DNA from: an uncultured Candidatus Hydrogenedens sp.
Lineage (GTDB): Bacteria > Desulfobacterota_D > UBA1144
Length of the DNA stretch: 64,000 nt
Reading direction: 5' to 3'
NCBI GenBank assembly: GCA_902609885.1
Contig: CACLTT010000003.1
Coordinates: forward strand, 8,809 to 72,808
The position numbers and the translations under genes were made by a program. Shown in pieces: positions 49,932 through 62,000 of this stretch; positions within the stretch are counted from its first letter, which is position 1; each line of letters begins with the position of its first letter. The notes under the pieces were generated by a model. That model saw only the letters and a list, made by a program, of their open reading frames with translations, made no database searches and was not told where the DNA came from.

Positions 49932-51294
49932 TTTTGACGTTTGTATAATTGGTGGCGGCCCAGGTGGGTATACTGCTGCTATTGAAGCAGAACGAAGAGG
50001 ATTAAAAGTTTTACTGATTGAAAAGAAAACTTTAGGGGGAACATGTTTAAATCTAGGATGTATACCAACTAAATCACTGTTAAAAAGTGCAGAGCTATAT
50101 TCAGATATTTTAAAAAATCAGAATAAGCTTTTTAATATTTCTAATTTATCTATAAATTTTGAGGAAATAATAAAAAATAGCCAGAAAAATATTAAAAGAT
50201 TATTAAGTGGATTAGAATATTTAATAAATAATAAAAAAATTACATATATAAATGGAACCGCTAAATTTAAAGATAAAAGAACTGTTATAGTTTTAAAAGA
50301 TAATACGGAAGAGATACACAATTCTGATATTTTTATAATTTCAACAGGATCAATTCCTAAAAACCCAAAAAAAATAATTCCAGATAATAAAATTATTTAT
50401 GATAGTGATGGTATATTACAACTCTCGAATTTACCTAAAAATATTCTAATTGTTGGTGGTGGATACATTGGTGTCGAATTTGCATTCTTTTTTAGTTCAT
50501 TAGGCTCTAAGGTAACCATTGTAGAAGATCAAAAGTCTCTTTTAAGTGCAATGGATACTGAAATAATAAATGAACTAAAGAAAAATTTTAAAGCTAAGGG
50601 TATAAAAATAGAAGAGAATTCAAAAGTTAATATCAATAAAATAAATAAAACTAATGCTGAAGTCAGTATTAATAATGATCAATTTATATATGAAAAAATA
50701 TTGGTAGCTACTGGAAGGCAGCCTTTAACGAAAGGGATGAATATAGAACTTCTAGATGTAAAGATAAATAATAAAGGTTTTATAATTACTGACACAAAAT
50801 ACAAAACTAACATTGAAAATATTTTTGCTATTGGTGATGTTATAGAAGGTCCAATGCTAGCTCACAGGGCAAGTTTTGATGGCTTTAGAATTATGGATTA
50901 TATTTATGATGATAAAAAAAATAATGGAATTTCAGTTCCAAGTTGTATTTATTGTCAACCTGAAATTGCAAGTATAGGAAGGACTGAAGACAGCTTGTTA
51001 AAAAATCAAATTAATTTCAAAAAAGCTATAACACCCTTCAAATCTAACGGAAAATCAATTGCACAGGGCGAAAATAGAGGTTTTTGCAAAATAATGGTTG
51101 ATCAAAACCTCAAGATCTTAGGCGCGCACATAATAGGTAGAGGAGCAACAGAAATGATTTCTGAGCTTAATATCCTGATGTCGAATAATCTGTCTATTGA
51201 AAGTATAATTAATACTGTTTATCCACATCCAACTTTATCAGAGATAATTTACGAATGCTGTTTACAGTTAATAGAAAGAGAGAGGCACATATGA
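49924..51294 (+). CDS. lpdA: dihydrolipoyl dehydrogenase
   Basis: GGTCLNLGCIPTK redox disulfide; C-terminal HPTLSE. Confidence 0.85.
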   Translation: MNNFDVCIIGGGPGGYTAAIEAERRGLKVLLIEKKTLGGTCLNLGCIPTKSLLKSAELYSDILKNQNKLFNISNLSINFEEIIKNSQKNIKRLLSGLEYLINNKKITYINGTAKFKDKRTVIVLKDNTEEIHNSDIFIISTGSIPKNPKKIIPDNKIIYDSDGILQLSNLPKNILIVGGGYIGVEFAFFFSSLGSKVTIVEDQKSLLSAMDTEIINELKKNFKAKGIKIEENSKVNINKINKTNAEVSINNDQFIYEKILVATGRQPLTKGMNIELLDVKINNKGFIITDTKYKTNIENIFAIGDVIEGPMLAHRASFDGFRIMDYIYDDKKNNGISVPSCIYCQPEIASIGRTEDSLLKNQINFKKAITPFKSNGKSIAQGENRGFCKIMVDQNLKILGAHIIGRGATEMISELNILMSNNLSIESIINTVYPHPTLSEIIYECCLQLIERERHI

Positions 51295-52409
51295 TTAATG
51301 AAAAAAGACTAATAAAGACTTTTACTGAATTGGTAAAAATAGATAGCGAATCTAGAAATGAAATAAATGTAGCGAATTACATTGAAAAAAAAATAAAAAA
51401 ATTAAAGCTTAAGTATAAATTTGATAATTCGAAAAAATTAACTGGTTCGAATGTTGATAACCTAATAATATATAAAAAATATAATAATAGTAAAAAATTC
51501 TTTGTTCTGTCATCACATATGGATACTGTGGTGCCAGGTAATGGAATAAAACCAATAATAAAAAAAAATCATATTGAGAGTGGTGGAAATACAATCTTAG
51601 GTGCTGATGATAAGAGCGGGTTAGCGATAATTCTAGAAATTTTTGAAACATTAGTTGAGAAAAAATATCCTCATGTAAATTTAGAAGCTGCAATTACAAC
51701 TTGTGAAGAAATTGGCCTTCTTGGTGCAAAATTTTTAAACTATAAATTATTAAAATCAAAATCTGGAATTGTATTAGACAGTACAAGTCCTAGTAGATTG
51801 GTCTTAAAAGGCCCATCATCCGACTATTTTTCAATTGATATTTTAGGAATTGAAGCTCATTCTGGCATAAACCCAGAAAAAGGTTTAAGTTCAATTAAAA
51901 TTGCTTCAGAGGTTATAAGCAAGATAAAAGTTGGAAGAATTTATAAAGATACCACGCTAAATATAGGTAAAATAAAAGGTGGATCTGCTATAAACATTGT
52001 ACCCGGGAAAACATCTATAAAATGTGAAATTCGAAGTCATAGAGAATCTGTTATATTAAAAATATTAAACCAAATTAAAAAAAATATAAAAATAATTGAG
52101 AAAAAATATAAAAAGATTAACCCCAAGTTTTCTATAATTTTTAAAAAGGAAAGAATATATGATTCTATAAATATTTCACAAAATAATGAAATTGTTAAAA
52201 AAGTTTTAAGTGCTAGTCAAGAATTAAATTATAAAACTAATATAGTTGAAACCGGTGGTGGAGCAGATGCCAATTTTTTTGTTAAGAATAAAATAAATAC
52301 TGTAAATCTTGGGACTGGAATGAGAGAATTTCATACTGTAGATGAAAAATTAATATTGAATGAATTTATTACATCAGCAAATATTGTTCTGAAAACAATT
52401 TTATTGTGA
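51291..52409 (+). CDS. M20-family metallopeptidase
   Basis: HMDTV and GADDKSG metal-ligand motifs. Confidence 0.7.
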   Translation: MINEKRLIKTFTELVKIDSESRNEINVANYIEKKIKKLKLKYKFDNSKKLTGSNVDNLIIYKKYNNSKKFFVLSSHMDTVVPGNGIKPIIKKNHIESGGNTILGADDKSGLAIILEIFETLVEKKYPHVNLEAAITTCEEIGLLGAKFLNYKLLKSKSGIVLDSTSPSRLVLKGPSSDYFSIDILGIEAHSGINPEKGLSSIKIASEVISKIKVGRIYKDTTLNIGKIKGGSAINIVPGKTSIKCEIRSHRESVILKILNQIKKNIKIIEKKYKKINPKFSIIFKKERIYDSINISQNNEIVKKVLSASQELNYKTNIVETGGGADANFFVKNKINTVNLGTGMREFHTVDEKLILNEFITSANIVLKTILL

Positions 52410-53072
52410 GATTAAATATTTTAAAATATCTTCATAATTACTAAATACAATATCGGCTTTATGAAGAGCTTCAATATCAAAAGTATTAGTTATTCCTATA
52501 CACTTTAAACCTGCAGATTTAGCTGATTGAATTCCGCCTGGTGAATCCTCTATAACAACTATTTCATCAATATTAAATTCAGAATTTAAACTATCTAAAA
52601 CCCTATTGTAGGTTTCTGGATTTGGTTTAGGATTGTTAACTTCATCTGCTGAAACTACTGTATCAAAGTAATTATAAATATTATTATTTTTTAATGTTCT
52701 GATTATTTCAGATCTATTTGCACCAGAACCAATAGATAAAATAAAGTTTTTAGATAATTTAATAATTAATTCTTTAACTCCTGGAAATAATTTTGAATTA
52801 TCAATTAGTCTGGATTCAAAATAGTCATTTTTATTTTTTATAATCATATCAATTTCCCCATTTGATGCTGAAATTTTTCTATCGCTAATTACATTAGTGA
52901 TAACACCTCTATCATCATAAGAAATATATTTTGAATAATATTCTTTCTCCGAAATATTAATATTAAGAATTTTTAAGCTTTCATTAAATGCTATGAAGTG
53001 AGAATTTTCTGAATCTAAAATAACACCATCAAAATCAAAAATAACAATTTTTACTTGTTTCATGTATATCAT
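52401..53072 (-). CDS. HAD-superfamily hydrolase
   Basis: VIFDFDGVILDSE motif I. Confidence 0.7.
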   Translation of the reverse strand: MIYMKQVKIVIFDFDGVILDSENSHFIAFNESLKILNINISEKEYYSKYISYDDRGVITNVISDRKISASNGEIDMIIKNKNDYFESRLIDNSKLFPGVKELIIKLSKNFILSIGSGANRSEIIRTLKNNNIYNYFDTVVSADEVNNPKPNPETYNRVLDSLNSEFNIDEIVVIEDSPGGIQSAKSAGLKCIGITNTFDIEALHKADIVFSNYEDILKYLISQ

Positions 53073-53134
53073 GATAATTTAAAATAATAAAAAGCATAGC
53101 TTTAATTAAATTTAAAAGTGAATATAATTTACTG

Positions 53135-54112
53135 ATGATTAAAAGAGGAAGGATACTTAGAAAGAATAAAAATATAAGAGAAATGGTGAGTGAAAATAAG
53201 CTTCACTTAGAGAATTTAATTCAACCGATTTTTTTAATTAGTGGTAAAAATAAAAGAGAAAAAATTAAAACAATGGATGGAATTGAAAGAAAATCAATTG
53301 ATCTTCAAATAAAAGATATTAAAAAAATGGTTTCTATGGGTATTAAAAGTGTAATTATATTTCCTTCGATAGAAGAAAATAAAAAGAATAAGAATGCCAC
53401 TGAAGCACTCAACCCAAAAGGATTAATACCAAATGCTGTTAAGGAAATAAAAAAACAATTCCCAGAGCTAATTCTTATTACTGATATTGCACTTGATCCT
53501 TATAACTCTGATGGTCATGATGGTATACTCCGCAATGGAAAAATATTAAATGATAAAACTGTTGATATTTTGGTAAAACAAGCAATTTTACATGCTAAAT
53601 CCGGTGCAGATTTTGTTGCTCCATCTGATATGATGGATGGAAGAATTCTGAAAATTAGAAATAATTTAGATAAAGAAAATTTTAAATATGTCGGAATAAT
53701 CTCATATGCAGCCAAATATTGTTCATCGCTATATGGGCCTTTTAGGGATGCCCTAAATTCTGCACCAAAATCTGGTGATAAAAAAACCTATCAAATAAAT
53801 CCTGCAAATTCTGACGAAGCTTTAAAAGAAGTTATAGAAGATGAAGCTGAGGGGGCTGATATGTTAATGATTAAGCCTGCAATTTTTTATCTTGATATTA
53901 TATCAAAAGTTAAAGCTAATACATATCTTCCAGTGGTTGCTTATCAAGTAAGCGGTGAATATTCTATGCTTATTTGCTCATCAAAAAATAATATTATTGA
54001 TTTGGATGATGCAATTTTAGAATCTTTATTGTCAATAAAAAGAGCTGGAGCAAATTTAATTATTTCTTACTTCACTTCATATATTGCAAAAAAAGGCCTA
54101 ATTAAGACTTAA
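53135..54112 (+). CDS. hemB: porphobilinogen synthase
   Basis: ALAD fold; Asp-rich metal site DIALDPYNSDGHDG. Confidence 0.85.
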   Translation: MIKRGRILRKNKNIREMVSENKLHLENLIQPIFLISGKNKREKIKTMDGIERKSIDLQIKDIKKMVSMGIKSVIIFPSIEENKKNKNATEALNPKGLIPNAVKEIKKQFPELILITDIALDPYNSDGHDGILRNGKILNDKTVDILVKQAILHAKSGADFVAPSDMMDGRILKIRNNLDKENFKYVGIISYAAKYCSSLYGPFRDALNSAPKSGDKKTYQINPANSDEALKEVIEDEAEGADMLMIKPAIFYLDIISKVKANTYLPVVAYQVSGEYSMLICSSKNNIIDLDDAILESLLSIKRAGANLIISYFTSYIAKKGLIKT

Positions 54113-54536
54113 AATAATCACTATAATTTAGTACAAATACACCTAATATTATTAATGCTGTGCCTATTATTGTTTCTAAAGTTATCTCCTCTTTTAAAAA
54201 TAAATATCCATAAAAACATGTAAAAAGAGGATAAGTTGCTGTCAAAGGCACAATTTTACTAGCTGAACTTCCAACTAAAGCATTAAAATATAAATAAATT
54301 CCTAAAACAGCTAAAACTCCGGGAATTAAAATTAATAATATGTTTTTCAGATTTAACGATACAATACTGGAAAAATTATTTGATGTAAGATAAAAAGGTA
54401 GAATTAAGCATGTTACTAAAATAAACCTTACAAATAAGACCAACATCGGATTTAGTTCTTTAAGGCTCATTTTTTCAAAAATTGGTGCCAAGCCCCAAAT
54501 CGCAGCTACTATTAATGCTAGAAGATTAGGATTCAT
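54102..54536 (-). CDS. small DMT/EamA-like membrane protein
   Basis: Four TM helices. Confidence 0.45.
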   Translation of the reverse strand: MNPNLLALIVAAIWGLAPIFEKMSLKELNPMLVLFVRFILVTCLILPFYLTSNNFSSIVSLNLKNILLILIPGVLAVLGIYLYFNALVGSSASKIVPLTATYPLFTCFYGYLFLKEEITLETIIGTALIILGVFVLNYSDYFKS

Positions 54537-54540
54537 GATT

Positions 54541-55230
54541 TCATATTTTCCTTAGAACTGATGATAAAGAATTTATTACATAATCTCCATTAATTTTTGC
54601 ATCTCTATCGATCAAAAAGGCTTTGAGTCCAATTCTCTTACAAGCCTTATAATCTAGTTCGGGGTTATCCCCTATATGCACTGTGGTTTTAATGTCTGAT
54701 CCCGAGTCATTCAATGATTTAAGAAAAAAATCTTTATCAGGCTTTGCACAACCAGATTGAGATGAGATAGTAAAATGGTTTATGTAAGGAGATATTCCGA
54801 ATCCATTACAAACTTTAAATATCCTTGAATCAAAATTAGAGGTGATAATTATTTTAAATCCTCTTCCCTTTAGCTCTTGTAAAAATGGAATAGTATCATC
54901 ATAGATCTCCCAGGCATCAAATTCAAAATGCTTGTAAAGCTCATTAAAATAATCATCAAATGAATCAAACATACCTAAGTCATCAAAGATATCTTTTACG
55001 AGTCTATACCACCAATCCTTTTCCGCATTTTCTAATTCAGGCCCTTGGAGTCCACTAAAATAAAGACCATTTCTTGAATTAAAATATTTTTTGAAACAAT
55101 CTGAAATTTCTTTTGGTTCAAATTTATCTGTATATTTCTTTAAGATTTCATAATAAGTATTTCCTAAACCTTTTTTTATGAAGAATAATGTGTCAGCTGC
55201 GTCTAAAGATATAGTATTGAATTTACACAT
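54541..55230 (-). CDS. HAD-superfamily hydrolase
   Basis: ISLDAADTLF motif I; C-terminal GDNPELD. Confidence 0.6.
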   Translation of the reverse strand: MCKFNTISLDAADTLFFIKKGLGNTYYEILKKYTDKFEPKEISDCFKKYFNSRNGLYFSGLQGPELENAEKDWWYRLVKDIFDDLGMFDSFDDYFNELYKHFEFDAWEIYDDTIPFLQELKGRGFKIIITSNFDSRIFKVCNGFGISPYINHFTISSQSGCAKPDKDFFLKSLNDSGSDIKTTVHIGDNPELDYKACKRIGLKAFLIDRDAKINGDYVINSLSSVLRKI

Positions 55231-55250
55231 AATAAAAGTAAAAATTAAAT

Positions 55251-55595
55251 ATGATTATACCAGTTGTAACAAAAGATATTATGTATTTTTCTAAACTTAA
55301 ATCAAAAATTAATATTGATAAATATAGTCTTATTCAGATAAAAAACCGTAAAGAAATTGAAAATATACTTTTAGATAAAAACTTTTTATTGTTGATAGTT
55401 GATTTTTCAGACGATTTTGCAAAATCAATCGAATTAAAAGATTTAATTAAAAATAGAGACATAGTCTCAATTGGATATTATCCTCATGTTAATGAGAATT
55501 TAAAGCAAAATGCAATCAAATTTGGGACTGGGAGGCAGGTAACGAGAAACCAACTGTTTAAAAATATTAATAATATAGTTGATGAATTTAGCTAA
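55251..55595 (+). CDS. hypothetical protein
   Basis: ORF only. Confidence 0.3.
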   Translation: MIIPVVTKDIMYFSKLKSKINIDKYSLIQIKNRKEIENILLDKNFLLLIVDFSDDFAKSIELKDLIKNRDIVSIGYYPHVNENLKQNAIKFGTGRQVTRNQLFKNINNIVDEFS

Positions 55596-55606
55596 TTATG
55601 ATTATT

Positions 55607-56101
55607 TTAAATATCTTTATTTTCAAATCCATAATCATTAAGAAAATTTTTAACTATATCCTTAAGATTATTCATCCCTCCATCTACATTTAATTCTGCT
55701 GAACAGCCAATATATTCAATTTTTGCATCAAGGGATGCGGAATCATTTTTTTCACTCAACCAGATTGTTATAACATGTAGACATTCTAACCAGTCACCAA
55801 TTGGAAATTCTTTAATAGGAGATTTTTTTGATCTTCCATCAATAGATTCGCCAATCGAATATTTAAAAATTTTTTTATAATATTTATTTTTAGATGTAGG
55901 TAATTTTGAATCTTTGTACAAAATGTTAACAAAATTATTAAAATGTACTATTTCGTTCGAGGATAACAAGAAAATTTTGATTGAATCTTCATCAATATAT
56001 GAACTATTAAGAACGTTTATTGCATTTTGATAGGATTTTAACCATTCGTCTATTAATTGTTTGGTTTGAAGTTTGTTAACTAGCTCTTCTTTTAAATTCA
56101 T
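55607..56101 (-). CDS. hypothetical protein, coupled to the metH stop
   Basis: Starts 1 nt after the metH stop. Confidence 0.35.
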   Translation of the reverse strand: MNLKEELVNKLQTKQLIDEWLKSYQNAINVLNSSYIDEDSIKIFLLSSNEIVHFNNFVNILYKDSKLPTSKNKYYKKIFKYSIGESIDGRSKKSPIKEFPIGDWLECLHVITIWLSEKNDSASLDAKIEYIGCSAELNVDGGMNNLKDIVKNFLNDYGFENKDI

Positions 56102-59100
56102 CTAATTATCTAAATTATTCTGTAAAATACTTTTTAGTTTTTTTATACTTATATTTGAGTTCTCAGCATAATGTTTAAATTGATCATCGTTTATTTTGCC
56201 CACGCTAAAATATTTAGCATCAAGATTATAAAAATACAACCCTGAAATAGAAGAAGGGGGATAAATCGCATAGTTCTCTGTGAGACTAACATTCAATTTA
56301 TTCTCTACATCTAGTAATTTCCAAATCTTATCTTTTTCGGAATGATCAGGGCATGCAGGATATCCATGTGCTGGTCTTATTCCTGCATATTTTTCTTTTA
56401 TAAGATCATCATTAGAATAATCCTCATTTGATCCATTATCTTTTCTCATTTTTTCATGAAGTAATTCTGCAGATGCCTCAGCAAGTCTATCAGCTAGAGC
56501 TTTAATAAGAATAGAAGAATAATCATCTCCTGACTTTTCAAATTTACTAGCAAAATCCTCAATTTCTTGACCTGCTGTCACAACAAATGCTCCTATAACA
56601 TCCTCTGAATTTAAATTTGGTGAAATAAAGTCTGAAAGGGAGTAATATATTTCTTTTAGTTTACTTTTTTTAACCTGCTGTCTTAGAAAATTAAATTCTT
56701 CGACCTTCTTTGCTGTATTATAATCAACTAAGATTACAGATTCATCTTGACTATGAGCCCTCCAATTCTGAGACAATCCCCTAATATTAATATTTTTTTC
56801 CTTTGATAAAATATCCAGCATTTTATTAGCATCATCAAATAGTTCTTTGACTTGCTTAGAATATCTTGGAGATTTTAATAATTTTGGAAAATTACCTTTT
56901 ATCTCCCATGCCCAAAAAAAAGGTGACCAATCAATATATCCTCTTAAAGAATTTATATCGAATGTCCATTCATTCACATTAAAGTTTTTTGTCATATTGA
57001 GGATATTCTTTTCATTTAATTTAAATTTCTTAGACCTGGCCTCTTCGATATCCACAAAATTTATTTTTTTTGAATTTTTATACCTTTTAATTGTTGATGC
57101 TTGATCATCTTTTAAATTATCAATATATTTATGAGAGGTTTTTTCATTAAGTAGTTCCCTACAAACACCAACAACCAATGATGCATCAGGAACGTGAACT
57201 ACTACTCCTTTCTCATAATTTGGTGCCATTTTTATCGCCGTATGTGCCTTACTAGTAGTGGCTCCACCTATCAAAACTGGAAGATTGTAGCCGTCTGAAT
57301 TTAATTTATCTAAATTACTTATCATTTCATCTAAAGATGGAGTTATTAACCCACTCATACCAACAACATCTGGCTTAAAATCATTAATATTTTCAAGAAT
57401 AGTATCATAATTAACCATCACTCCTAGGTCTCTAACATCAAATCCATTACAACGTGCAACAACAGATACAATATTTTTACCTATATCATGAACGTCACCT
57501 TTAACAGTTGCGATTAACATCTTACCAGCCGAGGTACCCTTAACTTTATCTTTTTCCATAAAAGGCTCGAGATAATTCACGGCCTTCTTCATAACTCTTG
57601 CACTTTTAACAACTTGAGGAAGAAACATTTTTCCTTCTCCGAAAAGGTCTCCAACATACTTCATACCATCCATCAGAGGTCCTTCAATAATTTCTAATGG
57701 CGAGTCATATAAACCTCTAGCTTCTTCTACGTCCTCTTCAATATTAGTTGTAATACCTTTTATTATTTGATGGGAAATTCTATCCTTCAAATCCAATGAC
57801 TTCCAATCTTCAGCTTTCTTGATTCCATTTGAACTGGATCCCACCGAACTTGCAAACTCAATTAAGTTTTCTGTGGCAGATTCCTCTCTGTCGAAAATCA
57901 CATCTTCTATTAATTTAAGAAGTTTTTCATCTATTTCTTCATAGACTTCAAGCATTCCTGCATTAAGAATAGCCATATCTAGTCCCGCTTTTTTTGCATG
58001 ATATAAAAATGCTGAATGCATGGCCTCTCTTACTTTATTATTACCTCTAAATGCAAACGATAAATTACTAATTCCACCGCTCACCATCGCACCCGGACAT
58101 AATTCTTTAATTTTTGGAATGCTTTCTAAAAAATTAATTGCATATTTCTTATGCTCTTCAATGCCAGTTGCAATAGTTAATATGTTTGGATCAAAAATAA
58201 TTTCTGTTGAATTAAAATGGAGCTTATTGATTAGTAGGTCATAAGCTCTTTTACAAATATTAACTTTTGATTCAATTTCTGTTGCTTGACCACTTTCATC
58301 AAAGGCCATAACAACCACTGATGCTCCATATTTCTGTATTATTTTGGCTTGTTTGAGAAACTCTTCTTCACCCTCTTTTAGACTAATAGAATTAACGATA
58401 CCTCTACCTTGAATACATTTTAATCCAGATTCGATGACGCTAAATTTTGAACTGTCTATCATCAATGGAACTTTAATTATGTCAGGATCTGAAGCAATCA
58501 AATTTAAAAATTTTTGCATGCATTTCTCACCGTCCAACATACCTTCATCAAAATTAATATCAATAATATGAGCTCCATTTTGAACCTGTTGCTTAGCTAT
58601 TTCCATTGCTTCCTCATAATTTTCATCTTTAATTAACTTAGAGAATTTTGGAGAACCTGTAATATTAGTCCTTTCCCCTATTACAAAAAAATTATTTACA
58701 TTATTAAGCTCTAGAGGCTCAAGACCACTAAACGAAGGAAGCAACTTTCTAGGAGCTAAACTGATAGGCTTAAAATTTTTTAAAACTTTAGAAATTTCAA
58801 AGATATGATCAGGAGTAGTACCACAGCACCCACCAACAAAATCTAAAATATTACTCTCAAAATATGGAGTTAAAGCTTTTGCGGTATCCTCGGGTAATTC
58901 ATCATAACCTGTATCTGATAAAGGATTTGGCAGTCCAGCATTTGGATAACAAAGCACTTTACAATTTGCATAATTTTTCAGTTCTTTAACGTATCCTATT
59001 AAAGATTCGGCACCAAGACCACAGTTCATGCCAACTGAGTAAGGATTTGAATGCCTTATTGATTCCCAGAAAGCCCTAATAGTTTGGCCAGACAAGGTTC

Positions 59101-59779
59101 TTCCAGACTTATCAGAAAAAGTTACTGAAATAAATACTGGGGATCTCTCACCAACCTCTTCAAACAGATTTTCTAAGGAGAATAAAGCAGCTTTAAGATT
59201 TAATGTATCAAAAGTTGTTTCTGGAAGAAATATATCAACACCGCCGTCTAACAAACTTTTTGCTTGAAGATAATATGCATTTACAAGTTCGTCAAAAGTT
59301 ACATTCCTTTTTCCTGGATCTTCGACATCTGGAGAAATTGAGGCAGTTCTATTAGTTGGTCCCATAGCTCCGGCAATAAAAATCTTTGATTTATCAATAT
59401 CATCATTTGACTCATCTATAGCTTGTTTTACAACTTTTACTGATTCTATATTCATTTTCTCAACAAGGTGTTCTAATTTATAGTCGGATTGGGCTATTGA
59501 TGTTGCTCCAAAAGTATTTGTTTCTATAATTTTAGATCCCGAGTTAATATAAGATTTATGAATTTCTTTAATAATATTAGGACATGTAATATTTAGTATT
59601 TCATTATTACCCTTTAAATCTAAGATATGATTTTTTAGCAAATCTCCTCTATAGTCTTCTTCCTGTAATTTATATTTTTGAACCATGGTGCCCAAGGGGC
59701 CATCCATTAGCATAATTTCATTTTTACATAAAGTATCAAGCTCATTAAAAATTTTTGATTTTTTCATTTCTATTACCAC
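56102..59779 (-). CDS. metH: cobalamin-dependent methionine synthase
   Basis: 1225 aa; B12-binding GDVHDIGKN; Hcy/pterin/activation domains collinear. Confidence 0.95.
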   Translation of the reverse strand: MVIEMKKSKIFNELDTLCKNEIMLMDGPLGTMVQKYKLQEEDYRGDLLKNHILDLKGNNEILNITCPNIIKEIHKSYINSGSKIIETNTFGATSIAQSDYKLEHLVEKMNIESVKVVKQAIDESNDDIDKSKIFIAGAMGPTNRTASISPDVEDPGKRNVTFDELVNAYYLQAKSLLDGGVDIFLPETTFDTLNLKAALFSLENLFEEVGERSPVFISVTFSDKSGRTLSGQTIRAFWESIRHSNPYSVGMNCGLGAESLIGYVKELKNYANCKVLCYPNAGLPNPLSDTGYDELPEDTAKALTPYFESNILDFVGGCCGTTPDHIFEISKVLKNFKPISLAPRKLLPSFSGLEPLELNNVNNFFVIGERTNITGSPKFSKLIKDENYEEAMEIAKQQVQNGAHIIDINFDEGMLDGEKCMQKFLNLIASDPDIIKVPLMIDSSKFSVIESGLKCIQGRGIVNSISLKEGEEEFLKQAKIIQKYGASVVVMAFDESGQATEIESKVNICKRAYDLLINKLHFNSTEIIFDPNILTIATGIEEHKKYAINFLESIPKIKELCPGAMVSGGISNLSFAFRGNNKVREAMHSAFLYHAKKAGLDMAILNAGMLEVYEEIDEKLLKLIEDVIFDREESATENLIEFASSVGSSSNGIKKAEDWKSLDLKDRISHQIIKGITTNIEEDVEEARGLYDSPLEIIEGPLMDGMKYVGDLFGEGKMFLPQVVKSARVMKKAVNYLEPFMEKDKVKGTSAGKMLIATVKGDVHDIGKNIVSVVARCNGFDVRDLGVMVNYDTILENINDFKPDVVGMSGLITPSLDEMISNLDKLNSDGYNLPVLIGGATTSKAHTAIKMAPNYEKGVVVHVPDASLVVGVCRELLNEKTSHKYIDNLKDDQASTIKRYKNSKKINFVDIEEARSKKFKLNEKNILNMTKNFNVNEWTFDINSLRGYIDWSPFFWAWEIKGNFPKLLKSPRYSKQVKELFDDANKMLDILSKEKNINIRGLSQNWRAHSQDESVILVDYNTAKKVEEFNFLRQQVKKSKLKEIYYSLSDFISPNLNSEDVIGAFVVTAGQEIEDFASKFEKSGDDYSSILIKALADRLAEASAELLHEKMRKDNGSNEDYSNDDLIKEKYAGIRPAHGYPACPDHSEKDKIWKLLDVENKLNVSLTENYAIYPPSSISGLYFYNLDAKYFSVGKINDDQFKHYAENSNISIKKLKSILQNNLDN

Positions 59780-60579
59780 TCATCTCTCATATCTCTCAGC
59801 AATTTAAACCTTTCTTCCATATTCAAATCACTAAATTTGTCTGATGTCTTAAGCAAATCTAAAAAAGAAAATTCATCAATCCTAAAAAAAGGATTATATT
59901 TTTTTTCGAATCCAATATCTTTGATTTCTGAAAGTTCATTACTTTTACAATCTAATAAAAAATTTTTTATATCCGATGCAAAATCATTATCATCAAAAAT
60001 TATTGAATCTAGAAATTTCAAATTATTTTCTAAATAATCGTGTCCTGGTAATAATTTTAGATTATCAGGCAGATTCTTCATTTTATGGTGAATTGTTCTA
60101 AATAGCATAGATGCATCTCCGCGAAACCTTACGTTACCTACTCCACATGCAAATATAGTGTCTCCACAAAATACATAATTATTTACTATAAAAGATATAT
60201 GTTCAGGGCAATGTCCCGGTGTATGTAAAACCTTAATTCTTAAATCTCCAATTTTAACAATATCATTCTCAAATATGTTATCAAATTCTTGCGTGAATAA
60301 ATCTTTACAAATGTTATGTGCATTTAATTTTATTTTATATTTATCCATAAAATATGAGTTATATGCAATATGGTCGGGGTGTGCGTGCGTATTTAAAACT
60401 AGTTTGGGATTCAAATCATTATTGATTATAATTTTATCTATAAAATCTTTATCTAGAGGGTCAATTATTACACAATCTCTAGTTCTAGCGCATTCTATTA
60501 TATAGTTAATATTTCTATCACTATTCTCGACTAGAAATCTATAAATATTCAGATCTTTTTCTTCTATTTTTTCAAACAT
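59773..60579 (-). CDS. MBL-fold hydrolase (glyoxalase II-like)
   Basis: THAHPDH (HxHxDH) motif. Confidence 0.7.
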   Translation of the reverse strand: MFEKIEEKDLNIYRFLVENSDRNINYIIECARTRDCVIIDPLDKDFIDKIIINNDLNPKLVLNTHAHPDHIAYNSYFMDKYKIKLNAHNICKDLFTQEFDNIFENDIVKIGDLRIKVLHTPGHCPEHISFIVNNYVFCGDTIFACGVGNVRFRGDASMLFRTIHHKMKNLPDNLKLLPGHDYLENNLKFLDSIIFDDNDFASDIKNFLLDCKSNELSEIKDIGFEKKYNPFFRIDEFSFLDLLKTSDKFSDLNMEERFKLLRDMRDEW

Positions 60580-60649
60580 AAATCTATTATACCTTTCATA
60601 ATTAAATCTTTTTGTTGTTTTTTTCTTATTAATTTATTATAATTCTCAA

Positions 60650-60705
60650 GGTCGTCATTTAACTCTACTTGCAACGACTTTAAATAAATGCTAAACGGAG
60701 AAAAG
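60650..60705 (+). ncRNA. candidate SAM-II/SAM-V-like riboswitch leader
   Basis: ...CUUGCAACGACUUUAAAUAAAUGCUAAACGGAG resembles the SAM-II core (UUGCAAG...AUAAAUGUAGCUAAAAAGG). P1 GUCGU/ACGAC; loop CAUUUA can pair with the downstream UAAAUG (H-type pseudoknot). Confidence 0.4.
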
Positions 60706-60758
60706 GTTTTTATTCAAAATCTTTCCTCTTCGAGTTACATGATTATTAGGAGTATCGT

Positions 60759-61988
60759 ATGTCTTTTGTAACTTGTTTAAAATGTAAAGATTGTAGTCCC
60801 GCTTGTGAATTTGATAAACAAGCCTTATATGTTTGTGATGATTGCTTTGGACCTCTTGAGCCAAGTTACGATTATGACAAGATTAAAAAAGAATTAACAA
60901 TAGATAAAATTTCAAAAAGGTCAAAGAATATGTGGAGATATAAAGAATTATTACCTTTAGATAATGAACCAACTGTAGGACTTAATACTGGCTATACTCC
61001 ACTTATCAAAGCAAATAATCTTGCAAGAATTCTAGGTGTAAAAAACTTATACATTAAAAATGATGGAGTCAATTTTCCATCCCTATCTTTCAAAGATAGA
61101 GTTGTTGCAGTAGCTCTTTCTAAAGCTGTAGAGCTTGGATATGATACAGTTGGTTGCGCATCAACTGGTAATTTAGCAAATTCTGTTGCTGCACAATCCG
61201 CGGCAGCCAACCTTAATAGCTTCATATTTATCCCATCAAATCTTGAAGAGGCTAAAATTCTTGGGACATCTATATATGGGAAAAATGTTATAGGTGTCAA
61301 AGGGAGCTATGATGATGTTAATAGATTATGTACAGAAGTTATTGGTTCTAATAAATGGGGCTTTGTAAATATAAATCTCAGAACTTATTATGCAGAAGGT
61401 TCTAAAACTGTTGGGTACGAAATTATAGAACAACTTGGATGGAAGGCTCCTAAAAATATTGTTGTATGTATGGCTTCTGGATCTTTATTAACTAAGATAT
61501 ATAAATCAGTTAGAGAATTGGTTGATTTAGGCTTGGTTGACGATAATAATACAAAAATTTATGGTGCTCAAGCATCAGGATGCTCACCAATATCCACAGC
61601 TGTAAAAAATGGATGGGAATCATTTAAACCGGTCAAACCTGATACAATTGCAAAATCCTTAGCAATTGGCAATCCTGCCGATGGTATAAATGCAATAAAC
61701 TTGTTAAATGATATAAATTCTTACTCTGAAGATGTTTCAGATGAGGAAATTGTAAATGCGATGAAATTATTGGCAGAAACTGAGGGAATATTTACAGAAA
61801 CTGCTGGTGGAGTGACATTAGGTTGTACAATTAAAATGCTAGAAAATGGAAAAATTAATAAAAATGAAGATTTAGTTTTGGTTATAACTGGTAATGGTTT
61901 AAAAACTCAAGATCCATTGATAAATAAAATAAAAAAACCGGATATAATTAACGCAAAATTAGAGGAATTTAATGAAATTAAATATTAA
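60759..61988 (+). CDS. threonine-synthase-family PLP enzyme with N-terminal 4-Cys zinc ribbon (ThrC or MetM-like homocysteine synthase)
   Basis: CLKCKDC...CDDC ribbon. PLP Lys region SFKDR. Fold-type II landmarks. Confidence 0.8.
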   Translation: MSFVTCLKCKDCSPACEFDKQALYVCDDCFGPLEPSYDYDKIKKELTIDKISKRSKNMWRYKELLPLDNEPTVGLNTGYTPLIKANNLARILGVKNLYIKNDGVNFPSLSFKDRVVAVALSKAVELGYDTVGCASTGNLANSVAAQSAAANLNSFIFIPSNLEEAKILGTSIYGKNVIGVKGSYDDVNRLCTEVIGSNKWGFVNINLRTYYAEGSKTVGYEIIEQLGWKAPKNIVVCMASGSLLTKIYKSVRELVDLGLVDDNNTKIYGAQASGCSPISTAVKNGWESFKPVKPDTIAKSLAIGNPADGINAINLLNDINSYSEDVSDEEIVNAMKLLAETEGIFTETAGGVTLGCTIKMLENGKINKNEDLVLVITGNGLKTQDPLINKIKKPDIINAKLEEFNEIKY

Positions 61989-62000
61989 GGAGAATAAATT

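Noticed and set aside
1076-60505. Many antisense or overlapping ORFs in the track. Examples: 1076-1273(-), 2115-2345(-), 6111-6308(+), 6206-6418(-), 7224-7481(-), 7757-8032(-), 9154-9366(+), 12809-13066(-), 13638-13823(-), 19948-20277(-), 23753-24121(-), 25041-25442(+), 26060-26248(-), 26984-27199(-), 28699-28989(+), 29546-29737(+), 30101-30484(+), 30597-30800(-), 36816-37136(-), 38356-38826(-), 40287-40664(+), 40899-41159(+), 41967-42245(+), 42672-43010(+), 44907-45170(-), 45545-45757(+), 47034-47267(+), 50118-50321(-), 51409-51693(-), 53515-53715(-), 56847-57104(+), 58020-58244(+), 59837-60037(+), 60275-60505(+), 60992-61300(-).
   Set aside because: They lie inside well-supported genes on the opposite strand or frame. 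They are low-complexity or hydrophobic artefacts of AT-rich sequence and show no domain signatures.
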